A DNA stretch of 64,000 bases from Lingula anatina (taxonomy: Eukaryota > Animalia > Brachiopoda), in assembly GCA_051362555.1 (NCBI GenBank), contig CM120648.1:12706587-12770586 (forward strand), given 5' to 3'. How positions within the stretch are numbered: position 1 is the first letter of the stretch; each line of letters starts with the position of its first letter. The position numbers and the translations under genes were made by a program. Below are positions 52,401-60,890 of the stretch, in pieces. The notes below the pieces were generated by a model. It was not told the DNA's origin, ran no database searches, and saw only the letters and a list, made by a program, of their open reading frames with translations.

Positions 52401-54650
52401 TTAAGTCAATTTTACATTTGGTCAAGTACAAATAAATTCATATAACTACAGGACATTTTTTATGGTACTGTAATTTATTAGGGATTTTAACACAAATATA
52501 TTCCAATAAAACAAGATCACTCTTCAACATTTTAGCTGATATCTTAGGGACCATTCCCACAGATATTTGGATCGATCTATCTCCCTGGAGAGTCTCACTC
52601 AATTGCTATCAACTTAAACTGCTTAAATATCTGCCACACCTAATAAAGCTGTTAGCGGGTAATTATCTATACCCCTGAGCTGATTCGGTATTGGTACTAT
52701 ACTCCATTACTGTCTGTGATGGATGATAGCTTATTGGTATTGGATACTGTGCTCCATCACTCTCTCTCTGTACACTGTAATATATTTTTATTTACTTTCA
52801 ATCATTTTAATTTGATGACTTTTTCCTCATCTCCCTTTACTGTGCCCCCTTTCTGATAATAAGCAATTGTTTCTATGTTACAATACAACAGGGCACCTTG
52901 ATGTTAATGAGAATGTCCAACTTCTGGTCACAGTCCATTCCAGTGCCTGTCTGTTCTGGGATGAGCAGAAAGAAATCTGGAGTAGTGAAGGATGTAAGGT
53001 AGTCAGCTTTTTGTTTAAATATAGATGGATTGATAGAATAATAAATAGATAAATAAATAGGAAAACACCAGAGTTTTCGTTGATACTTTCCCAATTTTTG
53101 CTTCCAAGTCTCTTATAGAAGATGTCTTCTCCAAACACAATCCAACTATATCTCACCTAACACATTTCCCACTTCCTGTATCCAGGTTTCTCCCCTCAGC
53201 ACAGCTGTTACTTTACACTGTATGTGTCATCACATGACTGTGTTTTCTGGCGGTTTCTTTATTCTGCCTAATGCCATTGACATTGTGGCAGACTCTGCTC
53301 TGTTCTTGACTTTACTGGAGAACCCACTGGTGGTGAGCATTGTGCTGTGTGTATGGGGCATCTACCTGGCAGTTGTTATCTGGGCACGCAAGAAGGACAG
53401 GGAAGACCTTCTTAAGGTGAATGAACCTCTGTTTTTGATATACAAAATTGCTTGGGGATTGTGAGGGGATTTTATTTCAGTTTACCATGACTTTAATGGG
53501 TCTCAGGAGAGTCCCTTTTTGACTCCTTCTCAGCCATGTAATATGTGATTGAAAAAGTTAATGCACTCCACCCCATCCCACCCAATAACAGCTGATGTTG
53601 TATACTTATTTTGGTATTTATGCAACAAAATAAAACTCAGTATCGGGCATTATCTATATCAGTAACCCCTCAATTAAAGCAAAGCTTCCAGTTGCTCATA
53701 TTTTGATGTTTTCAAACACTTAAATGTAGATTAAGTATATAGATTGAGCATTCTGCACAACAGAAGTTTTAGCTTAAATCAGTTGCAAGCTTTTGGGCTT
53801 CACTGTTGCTAATGACATTAATAGTAACAATTCTTTTCATGTCTCTAGGCTGGAGTGACAGTGTTAGAAGACAATGATCCAGAGAATAAGTATGGCTACC
53901 TTGTGACAGTTATCACTGGCTGGAGGACGGGGGCAGGGACCACAGCTAATGTGGGCTGTTTTATTAAAGGTGAATTTAAATGCTGCACTAGAAAAAAAAG
54001 TGGTGAAAATGAATTACAAACCAATTCAAACTTTAATAGTACAGTAACAAACTTATCGCTTGTTTTCAATTTTTATTTTCCATTTCAAAGGTGAAAATGG
54101 TGAAAGTGACCGTCATGTCCTGAGTGACCCCAGACGTCCAGTATTTGAGAGTGGTGGCGTGGACAGTTTCCTACTGACCAGTGCCCAGTGCCTGGGTGAC
54201 CTCCTCTCTGTCACCATCTGGCATGACAACTCTGGAGCTGCTCCTGCCTGGTTTCTGGAGAAGTTGATGGTAAGAGACTTGCAGAGAAATGAGGTGTTTG
54301 AGTTCCTGTGTAACCGCTGGCTTGCTCTAGACCTGGATGACTTCTGCATCCAGCGCACACTGCGCCCTGCCTCAGTAGAGGAGATGAAGGAGTTCTCGTA
54401 CCTGTTCTCCAGTAACAGTGGCTTCAGCATGAGGGAGAAACATTTGTGGGTCAGTGTGTTCTCTTGTCCACCAAACTGTCCCTTCACAAGGACCCAGAGA
54501 TTGACCTGTGCTCTGACCCTTCTACTGACCACCATGCTGACCAATATCATGTTTTATGGCATCCCAACTGATGACCCAGAAGATCAGTACCAAGTAAAAT
54601 TATTTGATTAATCTTTTTACCCAGCTATATCTATTTATTCATTCATTCAT

Positions 54651-54689
<39 letters not shown>

Positions 54690-57600
54690 TTTGTTTGTTT
54701 GTTTGTTTGTTTGTTTGTTTGTTTTAGGTGTTTTGTTTGTTTGTTTATATATTTTAATTTAAAAAAAAGATTCTGTCATTGTTGCATTTGCTTTAGAAAA
54801 TGTTTGCTTAAAATGTTTGATTGGTTATGACATTGTATTAGGTATGATTTTTATTGGAAAGACATTTATTATTGGTTTAGGTAATTTCATTTCTTACATT
54901 CAAAACATGATTTTAAGAATTTATATGAGGGGAAGTCAATTCCAGGTAGCAGATTTCCAGTTTTCTCTATCTGACATAATAATTGGTATTGAGAGTGGGA
55001 TGCTGATGTTCCCAGTGAACCTGGTCATAGTGCAGCTATTCAGAATGTGTGCTCCAAGACCTGTTAGTACACATAAGGAAGACGTCATGCCCAGAACTTC
55101 CATGGAACAAAGAGATTCAGCTCAGATGTCAGTGCTAGGAGCAGATGTTAACCATTCACGGAGCAGAAATAACAGTAGGGTCTTGGAGAGTGAGATTGGT
55201 GATGGTGATGTAGATAAATTACCAAATGCAACCTCTAACAGTGCAAATAAAAATAGTTTAAATTCTGATGACCAGGCTGTTACAGAGAGAAACATTGCAC
55301 TCTTTATTGAAAATGAAAGTGAGAACAACTCCTGGCCTTGTTCTTTGGGTGTGGCCATCCTTGCTGCAGGAGAAGTGACGGGTCAAGTGTCTACTGACCA
55401 GTCTCTGGACATGGATGGATGTTTTACTGGGTGTAAGAAAGAAAGCAAGACTGTGGAGAAGGACAACACATGGTGTGGATCGGGTGCTGGTGTCAGGCCA
55501 TCTGACCTTAATCTCACCCTTGACCTTGACCTACTTTATGGAGAAAGCCCTGACATACCATTGATACATATGGTAGGTGCAGTGCTCAGAGTAAAAGAAA
55601 AATTTGAAAATTGCAGATTTTTTTTAAATTTTTCAAAAAGGGGGATATTTAAGCCCCCCCTGTCACTTCCATCTGTTTCATCTGTCTCCTACTACATGTA
55701 ATTTTCTCTTGTACTGGTACTGTAAATAATTTAAAGCAATAATAACTCTTCCTTTGAGATTCAAAGATTTCACAAGAAATACATTGTAAACAACGCATGA
55801 AAATATATTACATTGTATTTTACCACTAAGGGACCGTTCACATGAAAAATCTATTTTCTGAAAATCTAAAAATCTATTGGCGGTATCTAGTGATCACGGT
55901 CTGTGCCCTGAATACCTCACTGCGTAATTAACTAGCAGAGCAAGCGAGTTTCTTCCAAAGCTGTAATTAATTCTCAGCTGCGCTCGGAGGAGATTCTCAT
56001 ACCTTGAAGCATGCACAGTAGGAAGTTAGAAATGGCGGTGGCAGTTGCTTTGAAAAATGTGTTTGTCGATTTTGTGCAACAACAAGCACTACCACTAGCT
56101 GTATTACGCGTCTGTATGGTTGAGTCATCACAACTAAACTGATGAACTCCACAGCTTAGAGATACTACTGCGCATGCGTCAAGGTGTCAGAATCTCCTCC
56201 GAGCGCAGCTGAGAATTGATTACAGCTTTGGAAGTAACTGACTTGCACTGCCAGTAATTAAGCCATGAAGTATTCACGACACAGACCATGATCACAAAGT
56301 ACCTCCAGATTTTTAGATTTTTAGAAAATAGATTTTTCATGTGAGGGGTCCCTAAAACGGCTAATCAATAGGGCTTTCGATGCCTTTCTTCCCAGTCGTC
56401 AAGGCAACTGTTGCCAATGACGTTGGGGTGTCACACAGATTCTCACGTTCATTCTAGACCAAAATAACATATGGCGCCATATGAACAGACACATGATGCA
56501 ATCCTCAACAGGGGTAGAAAAAGACGGTCACCCACTCACCAATGCGACTTAGAAATGTCCCGGGCGACTACCTGTCAGGGGTACTGGTCCGTTTTAGCGA
56601 CCGCTGAAAAGTGCCGAACATCATTGCCAATCCCATCATATATTTCACTATCAAATGGCAAAATCTGGTCAATTATTGAAGTATTTCTTGTCTCTCTCAA
56701 ATCAAAACACATGAGCCCGGCCATATTGCATTTTAACAGCAGGCCGAACATCTTTTGGCTCGAGCGCTGTGATTGGCTCCCTCGCGTCGCTGCAGCAAAT
56801 GTCCACCAATAAGAGATCGTTTTGCGTTCAGCAGCCGTGACGTCACACCACGGCAATGTTAAATGTACTTTTTTTTACATTTAATAAAAAAACATGTGGC
56901 GATTCATTGAAGGTGTGTCAAAACCTGCACCAAAAAGAAAAATAGCCCCTGATGAGGAAACAAACAAAGATAAAAAGAAAGAATATTATGCTTCTTATGA
57001 AAAACAAAAAAGAAGTAGGCAATTTTTGCCAAAGTGGACAGTTGGCAGGCCTTGGTTAAAAAATACACCAATTGGCATGACTTGCACTGTGTGCATAGAA
57101 CATGAGGAGGCACTGAAAGGGCAGGGTGCAATACAGTCCAGGGCCTGGTTGCACCAACAGGGCGTAAATTTACTCGGTTACGAATGTTGTAAACCGCAAC
57201 GCCTGGCATCCGTGCGCCAGGTTTACTCTCCCTGCTTACGCCAGTTGCACCAAGACAAAAACTGATCGTCGCAACTACGCCCGAGTAATGCTCCGTTGCA
57301 TCATTGGCCAACAATACGTGGATGGTATAATTGGGCAAATGAGGAGTTCTCAGCTGCAGTCATAATGGAATGATGACATAAATAAACACAAAAGGAACAT
57401 TTCAGTGACAGAAAAATTCATGAGCTAAATTATTCCATTTTGATTTAGAAATAAGAACGTTAAAATACTTTAACTTTGCTGTTGCCTTGGATATATAGCA
57501 ATAAAATTGTAAATATATTCCAAATCAAAATATTATTATAGTGTGCTATGTATGCTATTATAGTATGCTGTTGTAAATGAGAAAAACGCGTTGCAGGCAG

Positions 57601-60600
57601 TACGTATTTCTATTAATGGATTTGAACACCTTCACATTTGTAATCGAAACTATTGAGTCTGAAAATAATGCAAAAAAGCCAGCATTGCTTTCTTCTTATA
57701 ATTTTACAACAGTGCCGACAATTTCATGACCTTTTTTTATCGTTGGTTACACCGTGAGGTATCATTTAATTCAATCAATCTTACATCTTGGAGATTGAGA
57801 AATACAAGAGACCTAATACATATCACATGAGCCTTAAAATGTTGATATTTTAAGCTTTCGTCTCTATGTTTATATACAGTAAAATATGAATGATATAAAA
57901 TGCAAATAAAAAATGACTATGGTTAGTTATGGTTTGTCAAAAATTGTGAAAAGAATTAAAGAAACCGTACTGCTGAGAGCCAAGAGATTTTAACAAAAAA
58001 CCAAACGTTTAGGAAAAAAACCCTGGACTACATGTAACTTTGAATGCAGGAATGGGGTCGTTCACCATTGGTAAGTACGGGAAAATTGCCGTTTACTCCA
58101 GGAAAATCTAATTTTTTGCCAAAACGAAGAGTTATTATGACTTTAAGGTGCTATAAGTTTGTGTACTTAAACTATATAGAATGTGGTTAAACTTTTTTTT
58201 GTCTCATTTCCTTTTGTTTTATTGCTATAAATTTATTCTTTTTTTCTTATTTAGGACAATTCAAATGAAGTTTCTGTGATAACATTGGAGGAGGAAAAGA
58301 ATACACCTTTCAGGTGAATGAAATTTTTGTCTTGTTTTTTTATGTACAGACACACATGTGTCTGTACATATTGCCATCACCTGCGTCTGTCGTCGCCGAT
58401 GCCGGCGCCGTGCACTTTCCTTGTTAAAATAGTAATTTAAGACACATAAAAGTGTTTGTTTGACATTCCCTGCATCTTTACAACATTGTTAGTTGATTAT
58501 GTAGAAATGATGGTAAACTTGTTATCGTGTATTGTGTAATAAAGTGTCAAAAATGGAAATAAACTCATATCAGTCAGATTCAATCATTTACTATGTTCAG
58601 AATGTCAGAATGGAGGAAATTGGACATTTGACACAGTTCTATTGATATTTGTCCCATCTCATCAATTTTCTTAGTTGATCATATAAAAACGGCAGTAAAC
58701 TGTTTATTTCATCTTATATTAAAAAGTGTTAGAAATGGAAATAAACCCATTTCAGAACAGTGCTGTCTAGTTTACATTTTGGCATATTCAAGGTGTCACT
58801 TTGAAGTTCCATGGGCATGAAGACCTTTGCTAGTCACATTTTCTGAAAATCAATGACACCTTTATTTTATTATTAAAAATTGATTGTCATTATGCTGTTA
58901 AGCATTATGTAATATTGCATCAGAATAGAAGAACACACAATTTTGGGTGCTGCTGCCATGAAAACCATTATGGGAAAACCATGTTACTTATGATTGCCAA
59001 ACTTTCAAAAAAAAAGAAATACAGGACTAAAATGCAGCCTGAGTTGGAAAAGCAGTCTAATTGACTTCTTTTTCTGGAAGTTATACATTTTCAAAGTGTG
59101 AACTTGAACTCCTATGGGGCTGAAGCCTTATGCTTGTTACACATTTTACTTACATTGGAATTACCTGTTGAGCATAGTTAAAATTTGATGCTAAATTTGC
59201 AGTTTAGCATAATGTACTTTTGCGTCAGAATTGACAGTACCCTATTTTGTTTTTTCCTGCTTTTTGTCTGTACATTTGACAGCTTTGCTGCCTTGTTTCA
59301 CTTTTTAGCATATATGCAACACTGTAAACACAATATAAGAAAAACAGATAGACCAATTGTCATTAAAGTCACAGGAGTGGTCAATCTTACTAAAATGCAG
59401 GTTGAGTTTAAAAATGAGTATAATCGGGCCATTGTTTTAGAAGTCATGCTGTTTTTTCACATTTCCTCAAATTCAATTCTTAGGCATGTTAACATACTTA
59501 TTATTTAATTAATAAGACACATAAAAGTGTTTGTTTGACATTTCCTGCATCTTTACAACATTGTTAGTTGATTATGTAGAAATGATGGTAAACTTGTTAT
59601 CGTGTATTGTGTAATAAAGTGTCAAAAATGGAAATAAACTCATATCAGTCAGATTCAATCATTTACTATGTTCAGAATGGAGGAAATTGGACATTTGACA
59701 CAGTTCTATTGATATTTGTCCCATCTCATCAATTTCCTTAGTTGATCATATAAAAATGGCAGTAAACTGTTTATTTCATCTTATATTAAAAAAGTGTTAA
59801 AAATGGAAATAAACCCATTTCAGAACAGTGCTGTCTAGTTCACATTTTGGCATATTCAAGGTGTCACTTTGAAGTTCCATGGGCATGAAGACCTTTGCTA
59901 GTCACATTTTCTGAATATACATGATATTATTAAAAATTGATGATCATTATGCTGTTAAACATTATGTAATATTGCATCAAAATTTGAAAATAAACCTATT
60001 TTGGGCACTGCTCCCATGATGACCATTTAAGGAAAACCATGTCATTTACTGTTCTCAAACTTACAGAAAGAAACATGGGACTTAAATACAGCTTCAGTAG
60101 GCAATGCAATCTGTTTGGTAATTCTTTCTGCCGGTTAAACATTTTTTTGTGAAAGTTTGATTTTTCACATATTGGCATTTTCAAGGTGTGACTTTGAAGT
60201 TCCACAGGCTTGAAGACCCATGCTAGTCACATTTTCTGAAAATCCATGATACCTTTATTTTATTATTAAAAATTGATTGTCATTATGCTGTTAAGCATTA
60301 TGTAATATTGCATCAGAATAGAAGAACACACAATTTTGGGTGCTGCTGCCATGAAAACCATTATGGGAAAACCATGTTACTTATGATTGCCAAACTTTCA
60401 AAAAAGAAATACAGGACTAAAATGCAGCCTGAGTTGGAAAAGCAGTCTAATTGACTTCTTTCCTGGAAGTTATACATTTTCAGAGTGTGAACTTGAACTC
60501 CTATGGGGCTGAAGCCTTATGCTTGTTACACATTTTACTTACATTGGAATTACCTGTTGAGCATAATTAAAATTTGATGTTGGATTTGCAGTTTAACATA

Positions 60601-60821
60601 ATATACTTTTGCATCAGAATTGACTGTACCCTATTTTGTTTTTTCCCTTCTTTTTGTCTGTACATTTGACAGCTTTGCTGCCTTGTCTTTTTTATTTTTA
60701 CAATTAAAAGAAGTATTACTACTGAACTTGTGAGTGTAATTTAACTTTTATCCTCTCTTTCTCTCCTATTACACAAAAACATGCATGCTCACTCACATAC
60801 CGGTACATGCACGAACATGCA

Positions 60822-60890
<69 letters not shown>

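Larger units (their letters stand above)
55735..58142 (+). mobile_element. TTAA-targeting MITE copy 3, split by about 2.1 kb of nested insertions
   Basis: TTAA|AGCAATAATAACTCTTC at 55735 and GAAGAGTTATTATGACT|TTAA at 58142; both halves align to 34537-34940. Confidence 0.7.
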
